Source: Paraphysomonas bandaiensis (lineage: Eukaryota > Protista > Chrysophyceae). From it: a stretch of 64,000 bases of DNA. The first letter of the stretch is position 1. Each line of letters starts with the position of its first letter. Made by a program: the position numbers and the translations under genes. The stretch spans positions 310,001 to 374,000 of the forward strand of contig CBFFRP010000433.1 of the NCBI GenBank assembly GCA_965644295.1, given 5' to 3'. The notes under the pieces are model-generated. The model ran no database searches, had not been told where the DNA came from, and worked only from the letters and a program-made list of their open reading frames with translations. Below are positions 46,674 to 61,330 of this stretch, piece after piece.

Positions 46674-48685
46674 ATGATGAAAGTTTATACCGAAGTGAAT
46701 GATTCTATTCACGACAAGAATTTTTGTGACAGCGCGTCAAGCTGCTCGCCGAAAACGCTAACAGAAAGCAATTCTAACAATGTGGAGGATACTGTTGCTG
46801 CAAAGGCAGATCACTGTCTAATAAGCAAGTCTAGTTCAAGCATCACTGTGGGCAGCAGTCCATCCTACGATAGCGTTGACTATATGTCAACTTCTCTGTC
46901 TAGAGTAGATCCTATTGCGAAAGGTACACTCCATCTTATTTCATAACCGATATTCTATGAGTCATCTTAATATAAATCGCATTATTGTTAGATTATGAAA
47001 CCAGAAGCTGGCGTTTCGTGGATCTCAATGCACTACCTGTAGAGAAAGCTGACATGGTCACTTCTAGTTACGACAGAGACCACCCTTGCAAATCTCGCCC
47101 AGGTATTTATCCATCTGACGGCGTACGGGTTCAGATGAGAAGCGTTTCAAACGTATCATCGTCCAAAACATGGACAGATGCGGTGGATTGCGTTGCCCCG
47201 CCGGGATTTGGAACCAGGGATATTTCTCAGCACATCGCACCGACGGTAAATGCATATATAGTACATGCGTATTTCATTTCAGTAATCATTAAATCAATGT
47301 TATGATTTTTAGCATATATAGTCGATATGTTGTCTGTATGACCCTTATCTAATTGCGTTTGTTGCTGCAGATGTCAAACTTTCAACAGTATAGGTCCCAT
47401 GTCGACCATCAGAAACCTATCCTTCCAGCAGGTACTGTAATATATGTTGATTATATGATATATGCATTGCTATAGTACGCACAGAAGACATATCAACGTT
47501 CATAGTAATCAACATATAAATATAGAGGGACCTTGTCAACAGCACTCACCGTCATTACCAGTTGGGTCGCAAGTTCAGTATTCTTATGCGGCACAAGGAA
47601 GCCGCACGAGGCCGCTTCATGTTGAAGGTATTAACTATTATTTCTAGATTTATGCAAGAAAGTATCAGCTCTAATTTTGTGATCTATGTGTATGATGCAG
47701 ACTGGCAACCGATGAGCACTGCTCAACAGGCATCTCAAGTTGCATATCCTACGAAGCGCATCACTTCCAGGAACTCTACTGTACTTGGTTCAAATATGTT
47801 CAACGAAGGATTACATTCGCCTCCAGTTATACAAGAGCATGTTCGTGCTCCGCTAGTGCCATATCAGCAGCATCCTGAGCCCTCAGCATATGGGCAGCAG
47901 GATATAAGGGTGAACACATTTTATAGATCTTACCATTATACGCTACGTATATTATGATATTGTGTGTAGCTGTGCAGTTAACGGTGCTATTCCGCAGATG
48001 TATTGTTCACTCTATAATAGTTATGACATTAATTATCAGAGTTCACGCCCTGATACCAGCTATCAACCTACCCATTTTCAATACCACCCACCTCTCAGAC
48101 AGCCTGGTAGGTTCTTAAGTCGTATATGTGTTTCGTATTCTAATACCTTTCATGTACTTGACATTCGAATTATAGTATATCGAATGTTAGGGCTAACGTT
48201 GTTTTGTTTCTAGACGACTACCTCTCTTCAGGTACACGATTTCAAAGAGATGCTCTTTGCACCTCGATTTCTGATATTTCTATGAAGGTAAGATTTCTTT
48301 CGAATAATATATGTATTCTGCAGGGTATATGATGACTATGCTAATGGAAACATTCGTGTCTCAAAGTCAATCTGTATATGTTTCTACATGTAGGACGATG
48401 ATAAGCCTTCGAGTGTCGATGCAGCCCCATGTCAAAGCGCCTCTGGGATATGGAAGCACGCGTCATCGAGGTAATACCATGTATAGCTGGGTACCACATG
48501 TTGTACTTAGTGCAGTGGTAGTACTCTGTTTGTCCAAGTCTATTAAAATTTAGTTTCTGAATGTCGCAACAATTTCTGACAGGTCCCTGAATGCATCTGG
48601 TGATGACAGCATCAGTGCTTCTTTTTCTTCTGAGTTTGATATTTTTTACACTCCCAGTTTTGATTTTGAATTTACAAGTGCGTAG
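46674..48685 (+). CDS. Multi-exon low-complexity (Ser/Pro/Gln-rich) protein of unknown function
   Basis: Series of short exons with G|GT...AG boundaries starting at MMKVYTEV and ending ...DFEFTSA* (TAG 48683-48685). No domain recognised. Confidence 0.55.
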
Positions 48686-49752
48686 TTTCGCAATGTGTGA
48701 TTCGTACTATGTCAATCGTATGTGTGGGACATGCAATATTGCTGTATCTTTGAAAATGATTAATTTTTGAGTACTGCAGTCTTATAATTTGTGTGGTTAC
48801 CTATCCCGATGATGTATATACCTTGTATTCATTTAATACATGCAGGTGCGAGTGTCTCTTCCGAACACACTGAGTAATGCTTCATCTTTCACTCAATGTA
48901 ATTTGCACTTATGTGATTTCGGATATTACTTATTCATGGCTATTTGCACGTGATGGTCAGAGGATGACCAGTTTGACAATTGAAATCACAATGAAAAGTT
49001 TCTACAAATTGATTAACATATATGGCATGATAGTAAGTGTGGATTCCCACACAATGTTGTACTCGATGCAATAACAGTATATGAGTCCCCACGCTATTTC
49101 TATACTGATAAAGAATATGGACGTAACACCGTAACGATATTGATGATTGACGAAATGTATGCGTCGTAATCATCTTCCATTATGTTTATATATGTAATTC
49201 ACTTGGTAATATATCGACGTACATGAAGCATATACATCTTCCTCTAAAGTACAACTAAATCACTTGTGAGGTATGTACAAGATATATATAAGCTGCATAT
49301 ATATCTTACAATCTTGTGAGTGCTAATCACTGTATTACATGCACCACAGTATGTGTATGCTGTTCGGGAGGTCCCTTAATAGTCAAGCGCCAAACCAATA
49401 TCACTCTTGCCTACTACTATCCACGGGTGTGGGAGATCAAATAATCTAGTTTGATATATTGTGTAATTCAGAGTAATGCTAGACTTAAGTGGATATAAAG
49501 TTTTGGTAACAATGATTTAAAATTACCAGGAATAATGACTATGGTGTCAGGAGTATTCCACGAAAATATCAGCAGTATTAGCAACTAAGAGTATTGAAGT
49601 GATGGTAGAACTGTTTAGATGCAGTAGTGGCTGCTTGATACTTTAAAACGAACGCAATTGAGAGTACCTGTAGTTTGAAGCGTGTAGTTAGAGCATCCTC
49701 ACCGAGAAATTTCACTGCCATCATTCTAATTTTCTACAGCAGACAACGAAAA

Positions 49753-50050
49753 GTGTTTTTGAAAGTTGACTCATGATTGTGATTTCCCTAAAATTGTGTA
49801 TAATGATAAATCACTTTCAAAAGACTGTTAAAATTATCCCTATTATGTCTCAAAAGAGTCTTATTTTTACCTGAGTTGGGTTCAGCAGAACGCTCATATG
49901 AGCACCTCTATTCGTTTACCATCAATATTCGGTTCAACAGAAACTTATACTTCTACCTCTAAATAATGATATTGACAATCATTTGTATGTGATTTTATTA
50001 TATAGCACAATTTCAGGGAAACCACAATGATGAGGCAACTTTCAAAACAG
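49753..50050. mobile_element. Old MITE with about 60-bp imperfect terminal inverted repeats
   Basis: TTTTGAAAGTTGACTCATGATTGTGATTTCCCTAAAATTGTG...AAATCAC (about 49755-49814) is inverted at about 49989-50049 (GTGATTT...CACAATTTCAGGGAAACCACAATGATGAGGCAACTTTCAAAA). No TSD seen. Confidence 0.65.
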
Positions 50051-50456
50051 AGGATCAAACATTCTATGTCGAATTCCAGTCTTCGTTCTACATCAGATCA
50101 TAATAATTTGATGTCAGTGCAAACGATCTATTTCCGTAATATCCACGACTTCGAAACAACTTCAAGAATATTACTTGAGAGTTGAAATGCCACATCTGAT
50201 TCTGCATAGATAATAAGGAGCAGTGTTGCACCTAGTCCTTTTAGAGTTTGAGTCACGTCGTGTTTAACAGGATTATGTTGTATCATAGTAAACACACAGC
50301 ATTCAAATCAGGTGCACTACTAGCAGAGCTTAAGCGTGTTGCATATAAATGTGATGGTGATGCTAATTAAGGCAATAAGCAACAGCGCGACTACAATTTT
50401 TCACATTCATCGTCACACTTATGTAAGAATTTTAACACTTCGCATTTTCTATAGAA

Positions 50457-51207
50457 GTGAGTGTCTTATTACTAGCAATAGGGATTTAAGAGTTAGAACT
50501 AATTTAGCATTGCAATTTCACTAACTAGTTCTTAACTCTGATATCCTACTTGTGAGTCACCGCAAGCACCAAGGTGCAACCACTTTCGCTATATCGCTCA
50601 AAGCAAACGCAGTAAGCAATCAGAATGTTGATATTATACCTGACATAATTTTTGAGTCCTGGAAGTGAGCAACCCAGATGTAAGAGAGAGCAGGCGAAAA
50701 CAATTGATTACGGATTACTCTAAACAATTATTCCCCTAGTTTCTATAATAAAATGAAGGAAACGCCGGACTCGCACCTTTTCGTGGTGTTTTGGTACTGG
50801 AGATATTTTCTCCGGGAAACTAACGTGAGCTGCATATATAATCAGCAGTTACTTTTCTGCCCAAATTCTTGTGTGGTACAACAATAAGTGTCACTTGTGT
50901 AGACGTCTTTGAGCCTTGACAAATAAACAAATAAACAGGCATCCGGCGGGGGGTATTGGGATGCCTAATGAAGTCAAGCATCTTCCGCGCTTTTCACTGT
51001 CGGCCTTCAAGACTCAACATTCTGCTTGCTCACTGCGTTGGTTTGAGTGAAAGAGCAAAGGTGTTTGCACCTTGGTACTTGCGGTACGCACAATCACCTT
51101 TCGTAGTGCAAAATAGTAGGATATCAGAATTAAGCACTTGTTAGTTAAACTGTTTTGCTAAATTAGTTCTGACTCTTACACGCCCATTGCTAATAATCAG
51201 ACATTCA
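50457..51207. mobile_element. Long-TIR non-autonomous DNA transposon, copy B (same family as 7467-8988)
   Basis: Left GTGAGTGTCTTATTACTAGCAAT...GTCACCGCAAGCACCAAGGTGCAAC...CAGAATGTTG is inverted at the right (CAACATTCTG...TGCACCTTGGTACTTGCGGT...ATTGCTAATAATCAGACATTCA). The internal CCGGGAAACTAACGTGAG...AGTGTCACTTGTGTAGACGTC is shared with copy A. Confidence 0.85.
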
Positions 51208-51393
51208 TAACGGTTGCTAATAATGAGGCTTTCACTACACTATATCACTACAAAAGAGAAGCTTGCAACATATAATTAACACTATATTTATTCGGCTTAA
51301 AATTGATTGTGAAACGAACTATATACCAATACACAGCTACTTCTCGGATCACAGTCGATATGTACAGACCAGCAAATAATAGCACTTAATATC

Positions 51394-54300
51394 TTAAGAA
51401 AATGTCTGACGATCCGTCCTGTTCTTACTCTTGAACCTGGATACCGCAGATGACATTTTACCAAACATAGTTGACTTCGCGGAAGCAGTTGACGGCGACA
51501 CTTTCATCTGTCGACAGATATCGACATTTTAGACATATAAATATCTACAATGCACGAAAAAACTAACCTGTGGGGAGTTTCTACGAGTAAAGGATGACTT
51601 CCCTTTCGGGGGGCTAACTTCATCTCCATCGGAAGAAGTGCTGGATGACCGTCCAATTATCTTATTTCCTCCTTCTATTACTCTGGAAGTAACACCGCTC
51701 AAATCAAACGAAGGAATTTTCTGTATACGCTGTGGCCCACTGTTCATTGCCCCACCAGTGCCGCCTTGCGAATGACTGGAAGCTTGTTTCGTCGGTCTTG
51801 GAGGGCTATGACTCTGCGTATGTGTGGAGTTGATGAAGTAGCTCTCTCGCCGCCCTTTCACTGCGGCGTATCGACTGGCACTGCTACCAACAACATCCGT
51901 ACTCATCATCTGCTCTGCAGAAGGTGCTAGCGCACGGCTGACATAAGTCTGACGCGTCTTTGACCCTGGTGTGTGTGCACTTGCGGAGCTAGATTTACTT
52001 CCTGAAACTTTGCGCAGAGAATGCGGGCCAATCCGTTCAGAATTATTCGAGAAAGACTCTTTGCCTGTAGAAGCATTCTTTCCTTCCCACGGTAATGGAG
52101 TGTCCCACTTTATGGCAGCAAATATCTCACTGTCGCAACACACAGTTAAATGAAATATATCATTCATATACAACCACTTTTTCAATACAATATATACGCT
52201 GCACACATCACATTAAAAATATGAAATGTTACAACAAAATGACTAAGTAGGGCATCAAATATTCATGCATGCACATATCCCACAAACCTTAAGGGGGTGT
52301 ACCACTCAGCTTTCGGCCCGTAATCCACACGAGACTTAAGGAGACTCAAGACTACGTGAGTGTTAAGATGTCGGAGATCCTCGCTCACCATCTACGACAA
52401 TATCGCACACAGTTAATATATTCATGGGGTATAAAATAGACATCCCAGTGCTCCAATTGCAAAAATAACGTTTGACTGGCACCTAACACTAAAAAAGTTT
52501 GGCTGACATCGACTCACCTTCACTACATTCTCAGCGGGCGTCATAAATATATACACAATTTCACGAAGACAGAGGATCAAATCTCTAGTATCTTGGCAAT
52601 CCATCACAACAAAGGCCTGTTTCCAACAGATAGACAACAATTAATCTTTGATGCAGATTAAGCCCATGCTTGCGAACTACGAAACTATGATGGCCAACAC
52701 AAATAGGTCTTACATTATGATACTCGTCCATATCTCGAACAAGTACGAATGCCCCTTCTTCAGAAACTTTATGGCGCCTGGAACGAAAATAAGAAACAAT
52801 AAAATAAACTCAGCAAAGAGAGTAGAACGATAACGCATCATATAACGAGCACTTATCATACTTAATATGTGAAATTAACACTGCCGCAAATTGTCTGCCG
52901 AGAGGTTTCCACAGCACCTGAAAATGACATACTATGACCACAGTATTAAAAGAAAATGGATTGCGCTTACTTCAGTCAACTTGAACTCACTGCGCAGTTT
53001 CTCAGTGGCATTCTACAAAGTACGATCAAAAAATATATATGATACTGCTCATTTAAGAGTTCAAATTAAACAAGGGGTGCAGCGAGTTCACAAATGTGAA
53101 GAACTCAGAGATCATGCTGGATAAACTCACATTGATAAGATCAACCAAATGCTGGCACACTTTTCTACAAGCAGTTGTCGGCTCAATCCCTCCATTTCCT
53201 GAGTCGAACTACACGAAACAGTTCTTTAGCAGAAAGACAATGACATAAGTTTCTCTACCTTCGGGGCAAAGTCGTGGCGTGATTGTACTGAAATTAGAAC
53301 CCTTTCGTAGTAATTCACCAAGCAAGATATCCAGGACTGAGATAATCGTTAAAAGGTAAACAAGTCCAACGACAACAACGAAAAATGATTGATGTACATT
53401 AGCACAGCACGAGCGTACGCACACCTGCATGGCACCCTGAATAAAGACCTCAATACTTTTCGTCGTCTGTCTTCGGCTCTCTTGACACACCGTGAGAGCA
53501 TTGGGCTGCACGCTGATACATATACGTAACTAAGACTCAGTGCGGCATACACATAAAAAGTAATAGCATTCAAGAGCTGAAAAGTGCCTGTACCTCAAAG
53601 GTTTAGAAAATACAGCTTCAAAATGTGATCGGAAGAGCTTAACACCTAGTATATATGGGGCATAAATTCTTGTTTGGTGATACGAGGTTATATGATTGCC
53701 GTCATATTATATATACCTCTCTACTTCGTATGCAAGGTATTATACTAAACTATGTAGAGCATTTATATCCAGCATATATATCCAAGGTTACATAGGACGC
53801 CTGCACTTCGACATACCTTTGTGAAAAGATGAAATCGCTATAATAAACTCTTGGTCTGGAGGTGTCAAGGAGGCTTGTCGCCGCGAGTTCTTCAACTGCA
53901 CCAAAAAAATCAGACAACTTAAAGACAAACACCAAAACAGTAGCAAAGAATTTCGTCGTGAAATAGATGTCAGCATGAAGAAGTATCAAGCGCAACGTCA
54001 AATGCTCACTTTATCAGCCAAAAGTTTGATGGTTTTCGCCCACGGTATGAAAACGCAATCGGACAGAAACGACGTTACAATCAAGTACACATCCTTTATA
54101 CACAGCGGGAGTTTTTTCTGGGCATATACACCTCGTTAGCACCCATACCAAACATATCTCATCGATAAACACTATAGTAGTGTATCATAAAATAAAAATA
54201 TTATGTGCATATATGCCATCTATCCAATGAAATATACAGGTTCTAAGTATAGATCAATACATTCCTCAAAGCATACCGCATCATCTCGTCCAATATGAAT

Positions 54301-57282
54301 CATTCGACCAACGGTCTCACTTGACACGTTTAGAACTGCTGGGATGAACTGGGGAGTTGCGATGCTAGACACCAGCTGACCCACGTTCTTCACCTAAAAC
54401 GAAAAATGCTTTAATGCTTCCCCAATGCAGCATCAATATAGAAAGGGATACAACTATATACCTTCTCTGGTTTCAAACGGGGCAACAAATCTAGTCAAAC
54501 AATTCCAGATTAATGAAAACTTCCCCAATGTAGCATGCAGCACCAACAACGTTCAATTCAGCTTAATACACATACCCGTTGTACTCTTCGACAAGAGGGT
54601 CGGGTCCTGGAAGGCTTGATTCATCAACTCGCCAAACCGATTCCTACTCCGCGACACAACAGGGGGTAGTTTTAAGCACACAATATTAATACATCCCAAA
54701 TAGCGCTATTGCCACTTATTATATCAAACACGCGCGACATCTAGAAAAGTACATGTAATTACTTATTACCTGAGCAGGAAGAGTTCTTTTTGAAAGTAGT
54801 CCCGAAGATAGTTCTGAAACACTTGTGCCACTTGATCTTCCAAAAATGCCTGTAACTCTTCGTTTTTCTGCCGCTTCTCCATATTCTCTTTTTCTAGTTG
54901 ATCTTCTTTTTGCTTCTGCACCACACTCATATACCCTGTAATTATCATGGCAGCATCACTGTTAGAGAAATAAGGTCAAAAATGGGCATCCATTCCATTG
55001 AGCAGGCCTTCAAAGCGACTTAATTGACACGCTGTGGCGCGTACCTGAAGCGCCTGATGGCTCCTGTACTATTGTGTGAACAGATGGGAATGCGCCATCC
55101 TTGGTCTCCTCAAAATCATCATCTAGAGAGATGCTATCCCTGCAAAAAACACATCAAGCAGGAGAAAGAGTACACACAACATTTCTCAACAAAACTATCC
55201 ACACTTGGCCCTATATCCATACAATTCAGAGAAAATACGCACGTGCAGTACTCCAAGAGCATCAAATGTAAGGCAGATAGCTTTTCTCTTACAGTAACCA
55301 GGGCATCCAGGTAGTCCGCAGGAGACAACGATGGAGCTGGCGGTTTAGGTCGAAGTACACTATCCACGCGCGCCTACAATAGTTTGTTAATTCCCAATTG
55401 GTGTAACCACGCTTCGACCACGATAATCAGGGTCAGTTACTACACTGAACGTACTTGTATTCCGAAAGCGGGGTCGTTGAATATTCGGGAGACAAGCATT
55501 TTGGTCACCTTTCCCACGGATTGACTGGGGAAAACCTGAAGCAAAACATTCAAACATTTTCCAAACAAGAAAACAACAATTTATTCGAGTGGTGAATAGA
55601 TGAGATATCCTGTTCACTAATGTTCACTAACTTTGTTACGGCACATATCATACAGGTACATTGTGTAAAAGCTCCAGCATGTCATATGTTACACGTACCT
55701 GTCGTATGATGGAAAACTGCTCCTGACAAAGGTCGCTGACAGACACAAACAGCTCGGAAAGGTGGTCGATTAGCGAGAACGAATCGTATGTATTGTTGCT
55801 TGTCATGGACAATTCTGCATGAGGGAATGTACATCATCAGTGTTAGGAGGACACGCGACATGTTCCCACCTGATGACGGTGCCCTCCCCATAATCCGTCC
55901 ATACATTGTAGGTGCATTTGAAGGTTTCGCAGGCGACATATCACTCGGTGCAGGGGGAATCGGTATAAAAGAACCTACAGCCATAGGGATTCTCTTTTCC
56001 ACCACGCTAAATATAAACCGCTTTTGAAGGGCGGAGCCGCCACGAAAGAGGTGCAACCATTGTGCGAGGTTCTGCCATATATAACACAAATTACATACAG
56101 TACATTGTGATAAAAAATTTGCCATGCGGCAATACAATGAACCTAGAAAGTAGCATAGTTGACCATACCTGTGCATGTGTTACATGTTTCTCGACACCGG
56201 GCTCATCGAGAATAGTATTCACAGCATCCTCAAACTACACAGAATAAAAGTAACAAACCACATACAAGAAAAAGGAGATAGACATCAACAGCTCAATAAA
56301 TGTAAGCAACCAACAACTTCAACACATGTTTCACAGAAACGGTGTAGCACACATATATTATTCGGGTGCCTACCTGTTCAAGTAACTCCCTCTCCACAGC
56401 CTCCGACAAATTTCTGATATTTTCCTAGAGAATGTTGAGAGCTTGTGAGCATTATTTTCAACATCACACAATATACCCCAATGCGATTACTGGGTACGGT
56501 ACATATAAAAGTGGAATACTATACACCTCACAACATATTCACAATATTAACCGACAACGAAAGAATACAAGCCCTACCTCTGCGTGCTTTACATCATCAG
56601 TAGCAACGTCGTATAATATCCTCCGTAAATTTGCTAATATCTGCATGTATATCAGCTCGATGTTAAGAATACAATTCTCAATACAAAATACGTAGTCGGA
56701 TCATGCTCGAAATAAACATAAAATAGGTAGCAGACATACATTCGATATCTCTCCCCAATCCTTACTCCTTAAATCTGGCGGTAATTTCGATTTTAGTTCA
56801 ACCCCAATACATTCCTTTAACTGCTTACTAAACCCTTTGCATTCCACTCCCTCAAAATATTCTATATAATTCATTAGATCCTGTGCAAAAGCTATTTTAA
56901 TCCGCTCCGATTCAGCAGTAGTCAGCCGTTCACCAAGGCGAATAGCTCCGTTGGATGCTGTTTCGAACTGTTTTAGTACCCGTTCAACATCTTTCTCAAT
57001 ATCTATGAGGTATCCAGTTTGAACATCAATTTGCTGATATAGAGACTTCTCAGATGATATCACAGTCGCCTGTGCAGTAGCCACTTCGTCCTCTATTAAA
57101 GAAGATACACCTCTTAAGTTATCCACACTATCATCTAGGATATCATAGAGCTGTTCGGGAGTTAAGTTATCGATGTTATCAGTTAATCCCTCTAAGAAAC
57201 GACATGTGTCATAGTTTACAGCTTTTAAATGCTCTCGTATTGAATAATTTCGTGTAGAAAGAGATTGAGAGGAGTGACTCAT
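51394..57282 (-). CDS. EXOC5: Exocyst complex component 5 (Sec10), multi-exon, with Ser-rich C-terminal extension
   Basis: N-terminal exon RFLEGL...AIRLGERLTTAESERIKIAFAQDLMNYIEYF; internal DYLDALVTVREKL; C-terminal HKVSEEGAFVLVRDMDEY...LREIVYIFMTPAENV match Sec10 patterns. Last exon ends QTFS* at 51394. Confidence 0.8.
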
Positions 57283-57458
57283 TGTGTCTTATGATAGAAG
57301 TGGATGGTTAAAGGGGTGGGGGTGAGATATGTATGGAAAGATGTTAACGCAGTAGGATTATACTGATATACAAACAGATGCGGCTGGAGCTAATATGACT
57401 ATGAAGGATGAACACTGCTGTATAGACCGCTGTATCCACAACAGTATAAACGATCATG

Positions 57459-57696
57459 CATACATACATACATACATATATACACATACATACATATATA
57501 CACATACATACATACATACATACATACATACATACATACATACATACATACATACATACATACATACATACATACATACATACATACATACATACATACA
57601 TACATACATACATACATACATACATACATACATACATACATACATACATACATACATACATACATACATACATACATACATACATACATACATACA
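57459..57696. repeat. (TACA)n tetranucleotide microsatellite, about 59 units
   Basis: Directly visible array with a few variant units at the 5' end. Confidence 0.99.
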
Positions 57697-57927
57697 GCAG
57701 TACATCCATATGTACATATGTACATGTATACAGGTACACGGACATGCATGCATCTTGTTGTCTATAGTTTCAGGTGTGCTTAACAACAGAGAAATATCAC
57801 ATCAGTGGTCTGGTGGGACACATACGAGAACCATGTATCATCGAATTCCCTCCAGGCTCCCATCTTATTCAAATGCATATGTTCCTGTGATATAGTCTAG
57901 TCTTCACATAGTGCCTCTATTAGTTCC

Positions 57928-60210
57928 ATGTCGTTTTGTCCACCAGAAGCAGTGGAAACACTGAAACATCATTCATCCTCTAATATCACAGATATGATAT
58001 CATATGAAACTAATAAAGTGTTTAAGAAACCTGATGCATCAAAATACTTCATCACATCTGACCAACGCCCTTGCCCAATCGAACCAATGCTACTGCACTA
58101 TCGCCCCCTTATCACTGGAACACCCTGGACTAATGCTGAGAAAGAAAAGCTCAAGAAATTAGTACTGGAACAACAAGAAAAGAATCAGAACTCTATTAAC
58201 TGGACTGAAATCGCAAATGGAATGAGAACTGTAAGTAGGAGAATACGATTGTCAATACAAATAGTGATATTGATATAGAGCTCGAAGACTGCTAGAGAGT
58301 GCATGATGAAGTATAGGAACTCTATCGACCCATCTATAAACCATTCTGTGTGGAGTGCTGAAGAAGAACGAAAACTCCTTGAGACTGTAATTAAACACGA
58401 CGAGCACAATTGGTGCTCGATAGCTGATGAACTTGGCACCAACCGAACACCCTTACAGTGCCTAAAGTACTATCAGGTGACCTCACAAGTAATATGCCAC
58501 ATTGAATTTCTTTTATTTCGTATAAGCAACACTATAATTATTTTGGTATGTATGATCTCTTGTCATATCTATTCATTGTAGCTACGATTAAATGCTAGCA
58601 TATCGAAGAAGTCTGATTGGACAGATGAGGAAGACGCTGTTTTAGAACAGGCAGTTAAACTATATGGTACGATAAGTCGATACTGGTGAAGACAAACATA
58701 TAGATATATATTCGTTAATATAATATCATTCTGTTGATGTATATTGTGAGTGATTATAACACATGTTTGTTAGGGGAAAATAATTGGCAGCATGTCGCGA
58801 ATTGTCTACCTGGAAGAGCTTCAACTCAGTGTGCTATGAGGTATTGAGTAGCGATGAATTCGTATGTACTGTATATACTGTGCATAGGTTAATGTGTATA
58901 TATTCTTACACTCTCTGTAATATTAGTATATATGAATGTCCAAATTTGGAGTTAATATATTTTCTCAGGTGGAGAACTGAGCAGCGGGGTGCTGTCAAAC
59001 TGGGCCCATGGTCTGAAGATGAAGAGCGTCGACTTATTCTAGCAGTTCTGGCGTATGGAGAACAGAAACTGTCTCCCCGCTGCAGTTCGCAAAATGCCGA
59101 TGAAGAAGTTCGCCATCATACAAATAGTGAGAGCTCTAGTAATGCAGGTACGACATGCGTGTATCACAAGATATCAGAGTTCGACATGGGTAGCAAATCC
59201 TTGAAATGAATGTTTCTTACTACCCCTGCTCTTGTCACTTATGTATAGGTCATGATGACACTAATGATGATACACAAAAAAGCCAAATGAGGTTTTTGTG
59301 GAAGAAAATTGCGCCCCTGGTGCCAGGAAGGTACGGCCATGGTGTACTGTTCATTCTGAAGGCAGTGTGATATTAATATTGCGCCTTCTTTCATATAGAG
59401 ACCCAGTACAGTGTAGAGAGAAGTGGATGAATGTTCTTGACCCTTTTATAGACAGGGGACCATTTAGGCCGGAAGAAGATGAGGTGGGTTGACATATTTA
59501 GGCTCTATTTACTGTGTGTAAATCCTGTGATGTGCGTTCAGGTCATAATCCGTGAGACTGCCGGCTTGGATTTTGCCCCTGGTGATGAGTTTGGTAGTTC
59601 TCTGAGTGGCTTTAAGTGGGCTAGACTTGCGAAGATGCTTCCAGGACGCACCGATAATAAGATTTGGGTCCGTTGGAAAGAACTAAATGGTTGAAACTGT
59701 TGATGTTATATGAAGTCTTATGTATACTTGGATATATTATTGCAAAAGTGCCATGATTTGCTCTATATAACTACATGGCGGTTACATTTTTATTGCATTA
59801 GCTTAATCTCATTTTTAGGTAGAAAGAAATCCTCATTGTACCGAGAGCGGGCAAGAAAGCGCAAGACTATCACTCCTAGTATGCATGCAAGGTATAGAAT
59901 GCTACTATTGTGGTTGTTGGAAATAAGTTTTCCGCAGTACATGTTTCTATGAGCATATCGTATACATAGGCTGACATTTTTGTGCAGACGTACGAAAATT
60001 GGTAAAGCGAGAGTGGACGTTAGAGACTATGAAATGGTATTGACTGCGCCATTGCTGACGCATGAGAATGAAAAAAATCAGAATAGTGTGGAAACCTCCG
60101 AAATGATGAACGTACCTTCAGACACAGAACACCACCACGACAGTGTAGTAGATTCTGAAGTGATGATAGATGAGCGTGATGCTGTAGAGCAACACCATGA
60201 CGAAACGTAG
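57928..60210 (+). CDS. SNAPC4: Multi-Myb-repeat protein, SNAPC4/SNAP190 (4R-Myb)-like
   Basis: About five Myb repeats over several exons: WTNAEKEKL; WSAEEERKL...WCSIADELGTNRTPLQCLKYYQ; WTDEEDAVL...WQHVANCLPGR; GPWSEDEE...WKKIAPLVPGRDPVQCREKWMNVLDP; WARLAKMLPGRTDN. ELGTNRTxxQC is typical of SNAPC4. Confidence 0.75.
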
Positions 60211-61330
60211 AACACCAGCATTATCATGTAGATATTGGGGTAGAGAGATGCTGATTAATATTTCGAGTATTCAGCTAGATTTGACGCTTATTGAAGTATA
60301 TTTATGTAATCTGTCAATATTATTTCTCTGTAAGTTAACTTAGACAGGTATGTTCTGTGAAGAATATTGGACACGGTGATTTATGTTGTCATAAACTATC
60401 ATATTTGTTAGAGTAATCCTTCATTCGGAACAGAAATACTAATACCAAACATTAAAACCATGACGCAAATACGATGTAATTTTGTACAGCACTCAATTTT
60501 TAATGCACAACTTTCAGTTTGCGATACAGGCGACGATATTATATCACTCAATATAAGAAATGCTGCAATATCTACAACGTTTTGTATGTTTTTCTCTGGT
60601 GCAGAACGTATACTTACCATTGTCATGAGGTTAATATAACACTATTCCATAAACATTATTCACAGAAACATACATGATATGTAAATTTTCTTTGTGTTTA
60701 TGGACATGTCTATTGTATTGTTCTCCAAATGAGCATATAATCACTCTCACTGTTAGATGTAATCAGTACTGACAACAGAGTTTGCAGCAGTAATTGCTCC
60801 ACCTATGCAGTGTATCACATACATCAAATAACATCTAATAATACTTCTAACGAACCCAATGGAGTATCTAACACTGGAACAGGACATTGTCCACTGCACT
60901 GGTCGTGGACAGCGTGCAATATGGGCACTCGATTGCTGTATATCGTACAACATCTGTTTACGGTATACCTTAGAATACACTCGTAGTATATTGGCGAATT
61001 ATAGAGATGCCAATCGTACATAAGGACGCGATATGATTGGATAAAAATCTGCGTACTTGTACGATCGTAGTGGAATGAATCCCTTTGATCATCAGTGCAG
61101 TGTCAGTGAGGTGTGCTGTGTGATATGGCTGCACTGCTTGTAGATGCATCATACTATGAAGTATCCTTCATTACAACTCATTTCACATACTTGAACTCAT
61201 CATTACCTCAATAAATCTTTCCAACCCAACAACATCTCTACATAAAGGGTTGGGTTCAGAACACTGAGTAAGTGAATATCCTACCAACAAAAATGAACAA
61301 AATTCGTAAGATAAACGCATAGTTTGCATA

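Noticed and set aside
57344-57895. Second set of YIHT/MYVC ORFs
   Set aside because: Same microsatellite artefact.
60400-61250. Several 60-75 aa minus-strand ORFs between the SNAPC4-like and EF-hand genes
   Set aside because: No motif and no convincing spliced model could be built.
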